Source of the DNA: an uncultured Candidatus Saccharibacteria bacterium
GTDB lineage: Bacteria > Patescibacteriota > Minisyncoccia > Phycocordibacterales > DATDWN01
Direction of reading: 5' to 3'
DNA: 64,000 nucleotides
Assembly (NCBI GenBank): GCA_964551495.1
Contig: CAZKCA010000004.1
Span: 15,439 to 79,438 of the forward strand
The position numbers and the translations under genes were made by a program. Of this stretch, positions 28,191 to 36,092 are shown piece after piece (the stretch's first letter is position 1; each line of letters begins with the position of its first letter). Below the pieces are notes generated by a model. The model did not search any database. It was given only the letters and a program-made list of their open reading frames with translations, and had not been told where the DNA came from.

Positions 28191-29117
28191 TCAAACTTGT
28201 AAATATTTTCTGACTGCCAAAAAGCTTGAGAAAGCCCCTATGCCAATTCCAGAAAATACAAGTATAAGAAAGATTTGACCAAAGTTTGATGTGTAATATT
28301 GGAAAACATTAAGACCAACAAAAAAGTCTGCTGTCGTATCACCAAGCCATAGAGTAATTGGGTAGAACAATATCAAAGTAATAATCGCTGCGATAAAACC
28401 ATACAAAGCTCCAGTCACAAAAAACGGACCTCTGATATAACCAGTGCTTGCACCAACAAGACGCATAACTGCTATCTCATCTTTGGACATATAAATAACA
28501 AGTCTTATTGTGTTAAATGTGATAAGTATAGAAGTGATTATAAGTATCAAATTTACAACAAAACCTAACCTATTTGCAGAACTAATTACTCTTGTTAGGC
28601 GGTCTATAGCCTCTTTGTTTTGATAATAATTTATATTATCTACGATAACAGTCCCATCGCTACCTAAAATATTTTGACCCTGAAGAAAATCAGCAATACT
28701 TGCATACTGAGAAGGATCTTTTGCTCTAATATTTAAAGCTGCCCCAAGTGGGTTTTCACCCAATTCTTCCAATGCCTGCAAAGTAAATTCATCATTTTCA
28801 TGTCTAGCTCTAAAATTAGCCAAAGCTTCTTCTCTGGATACATAGGTTATAGGAGGCAAAACCTCTGGTAATTGTTCTAATTTTGATTTTAAGGCTAAGA
28901 TATCTTCTTCTTTGGCCGAGTTTAAGAAATAAACATTAACATCTACTTTTTCTCGTATCGTGTCCAAAGTGGATTGCAGTATTGCTCCAGAAAAAATAGT
29001 TGAACCTATAACGAAAAGTGTAACGACCATAACAAGCATAGAAGAAAGAGAAACAAAACTATTTCTCCAAAAACTAAAGAATCCTGCTCTGATTATTCTT
29101 TTAAATATTACTAACAT
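28191..29117 (-). CDS. ftsX: Cell-division ABC transporter permease FtsX.
   Basis: Four-TM FtsX-like architecture directly downstream of ftsE. Confidence 0.7.
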   Translation of the reverse strand: MLVIFKRIIRAGFFSFWRNSFVSLSSMLVMVVTLFVIGSTIFSGAILQSTLDTIREKVDVNVYFLNSAKEEDILALKSKLEQLPEVLPPITYVSREEALANFRARHENDEFTLQALEELGENPLGAALNIRAKDPSQYASIADFLQGQNILGSDGTVIVDNINYYQNKEAIDRLTRVISSANRLGFVVNLILIITSILITFNTIRLVIYMSKDEIAVMRLVGASTGYIRGPFFVTGALYGFIAAIITLILFYPITLWLGDTTADFFVGLNVFQYYTSNFGQIFLILVFSGIGIGAFSSFLAVRKYLQV

Positions 29118-29123
29118 TGTATT

Positions 29124-29804
29124 TTATATTATATATTTACCTGACTTGTCGTCACGAATAATTTTACCATTTTCCATTGTAATAACCCTCTTACCTAAAG
29201 AATCTATAACTCCTTTATTGTGGGTTGTTAGAATAACCGTCGTCCCTAAATCATGAATTTTCTTAAGTATCTGAACAATATCATAAGTATTTAGTGGATC
29301 TAAATTTCCTGTCGGTTCATCAGCAATTATGACATCTGGTTGGTTTACTATAGCTCTAGCGATAGCCACTCTTTGTTTTTCTCCACCAGAAAGCTCACTT
29401 GGGAAATTCCATATTTTTTTACCCAAATCAACTAGATCCAAAACATGAGGAACATCTGCCTCTATTTCTTCATCTGTTCTTCCAGCCGCTTCCATAGCAA
29501 AGGCTATGTTTTCATAAACATTTTTATGTGGCAATAACCTAAAATCTTGAAAAACAGCTCCAATCTTTCTTCTATAATCATTTATCTCGTCTTTTCTTAG
29601 ACTATGAACATCAGTTGATTCAAAAAATACTTTTCCGTCACTCGGCCTTTCCTCCGCCAAAATCATTTTTATAAGAGTTGTTTTACCAGCTCCAGAATGG
29701 CCAACAATAGAAACAAACTCATTTGGTTCTATTGTGAAAGATATATCCTCCAAAGCAACAGAATTGTCAGGATAAATCTTTGAAACTTTATCGAAATAAA
29801 TCAT
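29124..29804 (-). CDS. ftsE: Cell-division ABC transporter ATP-binding protein FtsE.
   Basis: Walker A GHSGAGKTT, ABC signature LSGGEKQRVAIARA, Walker B IIADEPTGNLD. Confidence 0.85.
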   Translation of the reverse strand: MIYFDKVSKIYPDNSVALEDISFTIEPNEFVSIVGHSGAGKTTLIKMILAEERPSDGKVFFESTDVHSLRKDEINDYRRKIGAVFQDFRLLPHKNVYENIAFAMEAAGRTDEEIEADVPHVLDLVDLGKKIWNFPSELSGGEKQRVAIARAIVNQPDVIIADEPTGNLDPLNTYDIVQILKKIHDLGTTVILTTHNKGVIDSLGKRVITMENGKIIRDDKSGKYII

Positions 29805-29827
29805 CCCTGTAGTAGAATTTTAGTTTG

Positions 29828-30094
29828 TTAAATCTTTCGACCGAAATTATATAAATAATCTTTTAATCTCCTTTTTAGAAGCCTTGCTCCTTGTGTAGTT
29901 TTTAAATATCTTTCTCTTCTCCTTGCATCACTTTCTACAAGACACGCTTCATAATATATTACCTTCCAAGGTAAACCTTTTTTAGTTGAAAGATTTAACC
30001 CTTGATTATGTTCCTTTAATCTTTTCTTTAAATCAGAAGTATAACCCTTGTATAAATCATCGTCCTTGTTTTGTAAAACATAAATATAGAACAT
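29828..30094 (-). CDS. GIY-YIG nuclease-domain protein (UPF0213/YhbQ-like).
   Basis: FYIYVLQNKDDDLYKGYTSDLKKRLKEHN...YYEAC. The GIY...YIG and R...E residues are arranged as in this family. Paralog at 52417-52662. Confidence 0.7.
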   Translation of the reverse strand: MFYIYVLQNKDDDLYKGYTSDLKKRLKEHNQGLNLSTKKGLPWKVIYYEACLVESDARRRERYLKTTQGARLLKRRLKDYLYNFGRKI

Positions 30095-30174
30095 AATCTA
30101 ACTAAAATTTCACTACAGGGTCATACCTATTTAGTATAACTCATTAAAAAAGGGTTCGCAAAAATACTAAAACC

Positions 30175-31047
30175 TTATTTTTCCTCCTTTTTTGCCTCTA
30201 TAAACTCATCTATCTCTCCATCCAAGACTTTATCCACATTTCCAGTCTCTACTCCAGTCCGATGGTCTTTGACCATTTTATAAGGATGCAAAACATAAGA
30301 CCTGATCTGATTTCCCCATTCGGCTTGAGTGGTTTTTGAAACATACATTCCTTTTTCCTTAGCAATTCTTTCTTCCTCTAATGCTTTAAAAATTTTACCT
30401 TTTAAAATCTGGAGAGCTTTTTCTTTATTCTGGGCTTGAGATCTCTGATTGTCGCTCTGTGCAGAAATATTTGTTGGGATGTGTACAACCCTGACAGCAG
30501 TTTCTCTTTTATTTACATTTTGTCCTCCTGGACCAGAAGATCTAGAAAGCTCTACTTTTATTTCATCTTCAGGAATATCAAAATCAGTCACTTTTTCAAA
30601 TTTTGGAATAACTTCAACCATTGAAAAAGAAGTATGTCTTAAACTTTTTGCATTAAAAGGAGAAATCCTGACCAGACGATGAACCCCGGATTCACCTTTT
30701 AGGATCCCATATGCATTTTTGCCAGAAATTTCTATAGTAATATTCCTATAACCACCATGATCATTTTCATTTTGGTGTAAAACTGTAACAGTGAAATTTT
30801 TCTTCTGACAATATTTCAAATACATATTCAAAAGTATTGCTGAAAAATCTTCAGCATCATCTCCTCCTGCTCCAGAAAAAATAGTCATGACAGCATCGCC
30901 TTTATCATACTTTCCCTCACCAGCAATTTCAGCTTTCAATTCTCCGATTCTTTTTATTATAGACTGAGCCAAATTTTTATCATTCCAAAAATCTGACTGT
31001 GACATTTTTTCTTCTAAACTTTGTAACTCTTTTTTTAATTCTTCCAT
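30175..31047 (-). CDS. prfB: Peptide chain release factor 2 (short form, lacks the usual N-terminal ~70 aa).
   Basis: SPF tripeptide (ISPFNAKS), GGQ motif (SGPGGQNVNK) and 290 aa length. No room for the canonical +1 frameshift site. Confidence 0.8.
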   Translation of the reverse strand: MEELKKELQSLEEKMSQSDFWNDKNLAQSIIKRIGELKAEIAGEGKYDKGDAVMTIFSGAGGDDAEDFSAILLNMYLKYCQKKNFTVTVLHQNENDHGGYRNITIEISGKNAYGILKGESGVHRLVRISPFNAKSLRHTSFSMVEVIPKFEKVTDFDIPEDEIKVELSRSSGPGGQNVNKRETAVRVVHIPTNISAQSDNQRSQAQNKEKALQILKGKIFKALEEERIAKEKGMYVSKTTQAEWGNQIRSYVLHPYKMVKDHRTGVETGNVDKVLDGEIDEFIEAKKEEK

Positions 31048-31055
31048 ATTTTTTG

Positions 31056-31128
31056 AGCCGATAAAGAGACTTGCACTCTTGACCTCACCCTTACCATGGG
31101 TGTGCTCTACTACCTGAGCTATATCGGC
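31056..31128 (-). tRNA. tRNA-Thr(GGU).
   Basis: Manual fold: acceptor GCCGATA/TATCGGC, D arm GCTC-AGGTAGTA-GAGC, anticodon stem CACCC/GGGTG with loop ATGGTAA, T arm AAGAG-TGCAAGT-CTCTT. The unusual G at T-loop position 55 lowers confidence. Confidence 0.55.
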
Positions 31129-31145
31129 AAAACACCTAGACAGTA

Positions 31146-31838
31146 TTAATTTATTGAATTTTCCTTTTTTTGCAAATATTTCCCATATCTTTGAAAAACA
31201 AAAATTCCAATAAACATAGCTACCAGAGAAAGAACGATCAAAGTACCTTTACCAATACTTTCTATCTGCATAAATATTGAAGTTAGATAAGAAGTTCCAA
31301 AGGCAAAAGCAAAGGCAAAAGGTAAATGAACAAAAAAGAATGTTTTGAACTTAACACTGCTTAGCCCCGCCACATAGTTTATTATATCTGGAAGCATTAC
31401 AAGGAAAATATGTATAGCAACCAACCCCCTTACAGAAGACATTGACTCTAGTATTTTAGGAATCAAAGCCTCTTCTTTGTCTCCAAAAAGTTTGTTTACA
31501 ATACCTTGACCAAATTTCCTTGCTATAAAAAAACTAACAATAGCTCCAATCATATCACCAATAAAAGCATACAGCCCTCCCAAAATAGGACCATACAGAG
31601 CAGCGGCTAAAATATAAAAAGGAGCACCATTTATAGGAGCAACAACCAAAGCTAGTGCTTTTGCAAATATCAAAATAAGCGGACCGAAGATACCTAAAGT
31701 TTCTATAAGATCTGTAATAAATTCGGTCTCAACAAATCTCAAAGTTAGGACAACAATTAAAATCAAGACAACAAGTCCTAAAATAGATTTCAAAGTGAGT
31801 TCTCTGCTAAATTTTTTTATTTCTTCTGCAATGGCCAT
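31146..31838 (-). CDS. DedA/TVP38 (VTT-domain) family membrane protein.
   Basis: Multi-TM protein. ALALVVAPINGAPFYILAAALYGPILGGLYAFIGDMIGAIVSFFIARKFG resembles the DedA/VTT core. Confidence 0.5.
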   Translation of the reverse strand: MAIAEEIKKFSRELTLKSILGLVVLILIVVLTLRFVETEFITDLIETLGIFGPLILIFAKALALVVAPINGAPFYILAAALYGPILGGLYAFIGDMIGAIVSFFIARKFGQGIVNKLFGDKEEALIPKILESMSSVRGLVAIHIFLVMLPDIINYVAGLSSVKFKTFFFVHLPFAFAFAFGTSYLTSIFMQIESIGKGTLIVLSLVAMFIGIFVFQRYGKYLQKKENSIN

Positions 31839-31905
31839 ACAAAGTAGTATAACAAGAAGAAAGATAAAGGCAAAAAATATTTAGAATGTAAAAATCCGCA
31901 GTGAC

Positions 31906-32047
31906 AAAGGTATCATCTGCGGACTTGGTTCAGAAATCTCTCAAGCCAAAATGACCTAAAAGTTTCTGGGGTTGCTTTTTGATTCCGCCGGCCTATTGAA
32001 AGACCGACAAAAATGGATGCAAGGAAAAGTATGATAATCTCCTGCAT
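31906..32047 (-). CDS. Small hydrophobic peptide (46 aa, MQEIIILFLASIFVGLSIGRRNQKATPETFRSFWLERFLNQVRR).
   Basis: Strong SD GGAGGTGAG directly upstream. A hairpin overlaps the stop. Confidence 0.4.
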
Positions 32048-32100
32048 CTCACCTCCTACACTGTATTATATCATATTTTGACTTTAAATGCAAATTAAAA

Positions 32101-32118
32101 GCTGGCCGTTTGGCCAGC
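32101..32118. terminator. Perfect palindrome gctggcc-gttt-ggccagc with A-run and T-run flanks.
   Basis: Lies downstream of the GNAT gene on the minus strand. Shares the ggccgtttggcc core with 23934. Confidence 0.6.
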
Positions 32119-32125
32119 TTTTTGT

Positions 32126-32710
32126 CTAACGAACTTTTCCAGTTTTTTGATATAGTTTCCAAATCGGAAACCATTCATTTCTGAAAAGTCCAAGTTCGAT
32201 AAGGTCACGGTATTTACCATCTTTAAAAACATGTTTTCTTCTTGTACCCTCAACTTTATATCCGCAGTGAAGACTGTAGTTTAAACTACGCTTGTTATAA
32301 GAAATAACAGTAGAGCAAACTTTATGAAGATTCAGATCATCAAAGATATATTTTAGAAGATGCATTTTTGCATCTGTTCCAAAACCTTTTCCCCAAAAAT
32401 CTTTCTCCCCTATTATTGCTCCCGTCGTACAGGTTCTGTGTACCCAATCTATTCTATGGACACCCATAACCCCAATAAACTGACCTTCTTTGGTTTCTAT
32501 ACCGAAAACAATGTTCTCCTCATCTTTTTCCAACCCCTCTATCCATACCTCCTCAAAATGAACGGTTCTGGGAAAAACATTGGAAACAAGAAATCTAACT
32601 TCTGGATCATTGATCCAGGTGGCCAACTTGTTTGAGTCAGCTTTTTCCAGAGGACGAAGATTGGTTATCTTGCCCGACAAAAAAACAGATTGTTTGTTTT
32701 CGTTCGACAT
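32126..32710 (-). CDS. GNAT family N-acetyltransferase (RimJ/RimL-like).
   Basis: KGFGTDAKMHLLKYIFDDLNLHKV acetyl-CoA binding region and a ~190 aa Acetyltransf_3-like layout. Confidence 0.65.
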   Translation of the reverse strand: MSNENKQSVFLSGKITNLRPLEKADSNKLATWINDPEVRFLVSNVFPRTVHFEEVWIEGLEKDEENIVFGIETKEGQFIGVMGVHRIDWVHRTCTTGAIIGEKDFWGKGFGTDAKMHLLKYIFDDLNLHKVCSTVISYNKRSLNYSLHCGYKVEGTRRKHVFKDGKYRDLIELGLFRNEWFPIWKLYQKTGKVR

Positions 32711-32929
32711 TTTTTCTCCTCAAAGAACAAAATTGCTCTGGTTTGTGCCAGAGCAATTTATAAAACCCTATTTTTATTTTCTTAATTACAAAATTAGAGA
32801 TTCATAGATTGTTCCAGCATAATAAACACCCACAAAACCTGTGGAGTTATTAAGATTCATATTAATGCAGAAATTTCTATGATATTTCATAGTTTTTATA
32901 TAATACAATAATTTTATAAATAATGCAAA

Positions 32930-33400
32930 TTATACATATTCTCCATCAATAAAAAATCTTGATAAATTTGGTTCATGTTTTAACTTTTTATAAAACTCAA
33001 CAAAAAGTTTTGACATCCTAAACCACTTACCTTCTGGGATTTCATCCAAATAAAACCATTGCCAATCTTCAGCTTTATGAGGCTCCGGATTTGGAGGTAT
33101 TTCTTCTGACTCTGCTACAGCCACAAAACCTATATGAATCGGTCTTTCTTTTCCATAATAAAAAGTGTTTGACATACATAGAAATTGTGAATCTTTTATT
33201 TTAATTCCAGTTTCTTCCTCCCCTTCTCTAGCTACAGCCATAAAAGCATTTTCCTTGTTTCCATAGTCAACAGTCCCACCAGGAAGTTGCCAACCTCCTA
33301 AATCTGGACCTTTCTTCCTTTTAGAAAGTAGAACTTTGTTTTTTTCCGGATTTAAAATAACTAAACCACAACCAACATAGACTTTATGATCTTCTTTCAT
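32930..33400 (-). CDS. NUDIX hydrolase.
   Basis: Nudix box LPGGTVDYGNKENAFMAVAREGEEETGIKI. Confidence 0.7.
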   Translation of the reverse strand: MKEDHKVYVGCGLVILNPEKNKVLLSKRKKGPDLGGWQLPGGTVDYGNKENAFMAVAREGEEETGIKIKDSQFLCMSNTFYYGKERPIHIGFVAVAESEEIPPNPEPHKAEDWQWFYLDEIPEGKWFRMSKLFVEFYKKLKHEPNLSRFFIDGEYV

Positions 33401-33813
33401 TTTTCATTTTGGTTAAAATATTTCTCCAATATCTCAAAATATTGAGTACCATCATCTACTTCTTTGTAATTATCTTTATTTACCCACCTAAATTTATTGT
33501 GCTCATCACTCAGTATGACTTCTCCAGAAACATATTCGCATTTGAACGCAACAAGGTAAACTTTTTTACCAGTATATTTATGATGAGAAGGAAAAGAATT
33601 TTGCCAAACAGCAAATGGTTCTCCAACTTTTATTTCTAAACCACTTTCTTCCATCACTTCTCTCTGAAGAGATTTGTCCAAATCCATTTCTCCTTCCTGA
33701 ATCTTTCCTCCAGGTAAATCTAAACCCTCAGTTGGGTCACTTAATACCAAAACTTCATTTCCTCTTTTAATAAAAGCTTTTTGTCCAACCCAGTAATTTT
33801 GGTCTTCTTTCAT
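33397..33813 (-). CDS. NUDIX hydrolase.
   Basis: Nudix box LPGGKIQEGEMDLDKSLQREVMEESGLEI. Confidence 0.7.
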   Translation of the reverse strand: MKEDQNYWVGQKAFIKRGNEVLVLSDPTEGLDLPGGKIQEGEMDLDKSLQREVMEESGLEIKVGEPFAVWQNSFPSHHKYTGKKVYLVAFKCEYVSGEVILSDEHNKFRWVNKDNYKEVDDGTQYFEILEKYFNQNEK

Positions 33814-33888
33814 ACTAAAATTCTACCACAGTTCTGCATCCTGTAGGGGTGTGATTTTTTATCTTTTTTTACTTAGCTAAAAACGATG

Positions 33889-34173
33889 CGCGACCGACCG
33901 GACTTGAACCGGCAGCCTCTCCCGTGCACTTATCCAATATTTTCATAAAGGCGTGGACTATATCTTCACCTTAGATTCAAAATCCTTAGGCGCTCTGGTA
34001 TCTAGTCTCTACGGCGCTCTCGTGATAAAAATCACAAGTTCCCACGGTATTAGCATATTCAAGTAATGAACTTAGCCTTCACCGTTATCCCAAAGAGTTT
34101 CAATCTACCATTTCGATAGAAAGCTGCAGTTAACCTACAGGGGAGTGCTCTAACCAAATTGAGCTACGATCGC
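33889..34173 (-). tRNA. tRNA-Asp(GUC) interrupted by a group I intron. Exons 34137-34173 and 33889-33926; intron 33927-34136 between anticodon-loop nt 35 and 36.
   Basis: 5' half GCGATCG-TA-GCTC-AATTTGGTTA-GAGC-A-CTCCC-CTGT. 3' half CAC-GGGAG-AGGCT-GCCGG-TTCAAGT-CCGGT-CGGTCGC-G. The spliced anticodon loop CUGUCAC and discriminator G73 are as in bacterial tRNA-Asp. Confidence 0.7.
33927..34136 (-). ncRNA. Group I (IC3-like) self-splicing intron, ~210 nt, no ORF.
   Basis: The exon end CUGU can pair with intron GCAG (IGS) with a U-G wobble at the splice site. R-like GUAGAGACUAGA and S-like AAGAUAUAGUCC core elements are present. The intron ends in G just before exon 2. Confidence 0.65.
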
Positions 34174-34314
34174 ATTTTTATATATTTATCAAAAATCTCT
34201 TTCTTACGAGCCAAATATAAACCCGTATTTATACCATTATACATAAAATAATATAATTTCAAAGTGATCTTTGCTATTCCGTTTTTTTAAATTTTTTGAT
34301 ATATTGCTTCTATT

Positions 34315-34391
34315 GTCGGCGTAGCTCAGTTGGTTAGAGCGTGGGACTCATAAGCCCAAGGTCGGAGGTTCGATCCCCCCCGCCGACACCA
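34315..34391 (+). tRNA. tRNA-Met(CAU) (elongator or Ile2-type), CCA encoded.
   Basis: GTCGGCG-TA-GCTC-AGTTGGTTA-GAGC...loop CTCATAA...GGAGG-TTCGATC-CCCCC-CGCCGAC-A-CCA. Close to E. coli elongator tRNA-Met. Confidence 0.75.
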
Positions 34392-34572
34392 GAGTGTCTA
34401 GGAGAAAGCTCTGGGAGAGCTTTCGTGGGGGATCGAAGCCCGATTGAGCTATTTTATGAGCTAGCTAAATAAAATAGCCAATTGGGATACTGATCCTGTA
34501 AGGATCGATCCTTCAATACAGAACCGACAAGCAGGAAAATATTTGTCGAAGATTCCCTCCCCCGCCGACACA
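34392..34572 (+). repeat. tRNA-abutting structured element, copy A (family shared with 34822-35016, 52756-53087 and 61734-61901).
   Basis: Starts right after the CCA of tRNA-Met. Contains hairpin gctattttat-GAGCTAGCTA-ataaaatagc and module UACUGA-ucc-UGUAA-gga-UCGAUCC. Ends with cccccgccgacaca, a copy of the tRNA-Met 3' end. Confidence 0.55.
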
Positions 34573-34579
34573 AAAATAT

Positions 34580-34792
34580 ATGAAAAAAATACAATATTAC
34601 ACACTACGAATATTTTTAACAATGATGGTTTTATGTGCCAGTCTAATGCTACATATGATATGGAGAGGTGGACCAGATGAGTTTGATGTAATAAATCAAT
34701 TGACCATTAGTTCTTTCGTAATAGGATTGGGATCATTTCTTATTTGGATTACTACTATTATAATTGAAGTGAAAAATAATATATTGAAGTAG
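34580..34792 (+). CDS. Small two-TM hypothetical protein (70 aa).
   Basis: ORF starts immediately after element A and has hydrophobic helices. No SD. Confidence 0.3.
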   Translation: MKKIQYYTLRIFLTMMVLCASLMLHMIWRGGPDEFDVINQLTISSFVIGLGSFLIWITTIIIEVKNNILK

Positions 34793-34821
34793 GATTAGGA
34801 TTTGGTCATAAATTAATAATG

Positions 34822-35016
34822 TAGGGACCAGGATTTTTTCCATAATTTAACTCGCCGTCGCTCATTAAATTATGGAACGCAGATTTTCGACAAGCTCTAC
34901 TGAGTTTGTAAACCGAAAATCTGTGCAAATCCTGACATAAACTGCTCCCAGCAGTTTACTGTCCGCGCAAAATATAAAATAAAAACCGCCCTTTGGGGCA
35001 GTTTTTATTTTGATTG
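34822..35016 (-). repeat. tRNA-abutting structured element, copy D (downstream of minus-strand tRNA-Met).
   Basis: Read on the minus strand it has an imperfect hairpin plus U-run, then the perfect 10-bp stem cagauuuucg/cgaaaaucug enclosing acaagcuc-uacu-gaguuuguaaac, then ccauaauuuaa-UGAGCGACGGCGAG-uuaaauuaugg. It ends aauccuggucccuac, which copies the T-loop/acceptor 3' end of tRNA 35017-35087. Confidence 0.55.
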
Positions 35017-35087
35017 TTGCGGGACCAGGATTTGCACCTGGGCCTACAGGTTATGAGCCTGTCGAGCTACTACTGCTCTATCCCGCT
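35017..35087 (-). tRNA. tRNA-Met/Ile2(CAU).
   Basis: AGCGGGA-TA-GAGC-AGTAGTA-GCTC-G-ACAGG-CTCATAA-CCTGT-AGGC-CCAGG-TGCAAAT-CCTGG-TCCCGCA-A. There is an A1-A72 mismatch. The anticodon stem is not initiator-like. Confidence 0.6.
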
Positions 35088-35137
35088 ATGAAACAAACGT
35101 CCGCAAAATTTTATCATATTTAAAATATATTGCAAGA

Positions 35138-36073
35138 CTATATAATCTGAAACTCTTCAAAAACTTGTCTGTATAATTCAATAACTCTCCTTGCTTCCCT
35201 TTGAGTAAGGACGAAATTCGATCCTTCATGAGCAATTTGATTTCTTATTTTGTGAGCTTCCCATGCCAAATCTATAGTGGTAAAGTCACTCCTTTCTATT
35301 TGTTTTAATTTCTCTCCCAAAGTATCCCCTGTGACAGACATTTTTTGAACTAAACTATCCAGCATCACATCAGCTTCTATTATTGCCAGTCTCCAATCAT
35401 TTTCATTTATAGATTCGATATGATTTATAATTTTTTCCCACTGAGGATTTTTTAAACCATTTTGTTCTGGAAGAATAGGAGGATACATCAAAGCTCTCTG
35501 GCTCATCCTAACCTTGGTTAAACCGCGTATGATATAAATACTAAATATTAGAAAAGCCAGAGAAATAATTACTGAAATGACTCGTATTATAAAAACAATA
35601 GAATAAAATGTCATTATAATTCTTTCTATCAAACTAGGTTCACGCTCCAAATACCCAATATCATCTTCTGAAACCCAACCATCTGGATCTTCTTCAAAAT
35701 CAACATACCAATATCTTTTTCCATCTATTTCTACCGGTCCCTGCAAAATAACTCCTCTGGAATTAAATTTTTGACTTCCTATTTTATTACCGCCAGGAGA
35801 AGAAAAGACGGATGTTTCTTTTTTAAGAGTGGCCACTTTAGCATTTATTGGATTTGCCAAAGAAGATATTGGCCTAGTGTTATAAGATAAAATACCCTCC
35901 GGAGTTAAACCTCTCCATCCTCTAGAAAATAAATTGCTACTAGAAATAGAAGCTAGTAAAGCATTTAATAAATAAATAAAAACAAAAATAGCAACTATGA
36001 AAAAAATAATTTCCGTAAAGGGATCCTTATAGGGTTCCGCAGCAGGTTTTACATCTTTTTTTTCTTCAGCCAT
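35138..36073 (-). CDS. Membrane protein with a cytoplasmic C-terminal helical domain (possible HEPN-like Rx4H motif).
   Basis: Two TM helices. The C-terminal segment AHKIRNQIAHEGS contains R-x4-H. Weak evidence. Confidence 0.35.
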   Translation of the reverse strand: MAEEKKDVKPAAEPYKDPFTEIIFFIVAIFVFIYLLNALLASISSSNLFSRGWRGLTPEGILSYNTRPISSLANPINAKVATLKKETSVFSSPGGNKIGSQKFNSRGVILQGPVEIDGKRYWYVDFEEDPDGWVSEDDIGYLEREPSLIERIIMTFYSIVFIIRVISVIISLAFLIFSIYIIRGLTKVRMSQRALMYPPILPEQNGLKNPQWEKIINHIESINENDWRLAIIEADVMLDSLVQKMSVTGDTLGEKLKQIERSDFTTIDLAWEAHKIRNQIAHEGSNFVLTQREARRVIELYRQVFEEFQII

Positions 36074-36092
36074 AGCTAAAGTTAATTATACA

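Noticed and set aside
30175-31130. Searched for the prfB programmed +1 frameshift leader upstream of the RF2 ORF.
   Set aside because: The upstream 80 nt are a tRNA-Thr gene. No frame-0 leader or CUU UGA C site exists.
34392-34572. Considered that the tRNA-abutting elements are extra tRNA genes with T-loop introns or permuted tRNAs.
   Set aside because: The upstream parts lack acceptor/D/anticodon arms. The 3' fragment begins inside the T-loop without a complementary T-stem 5' strand.
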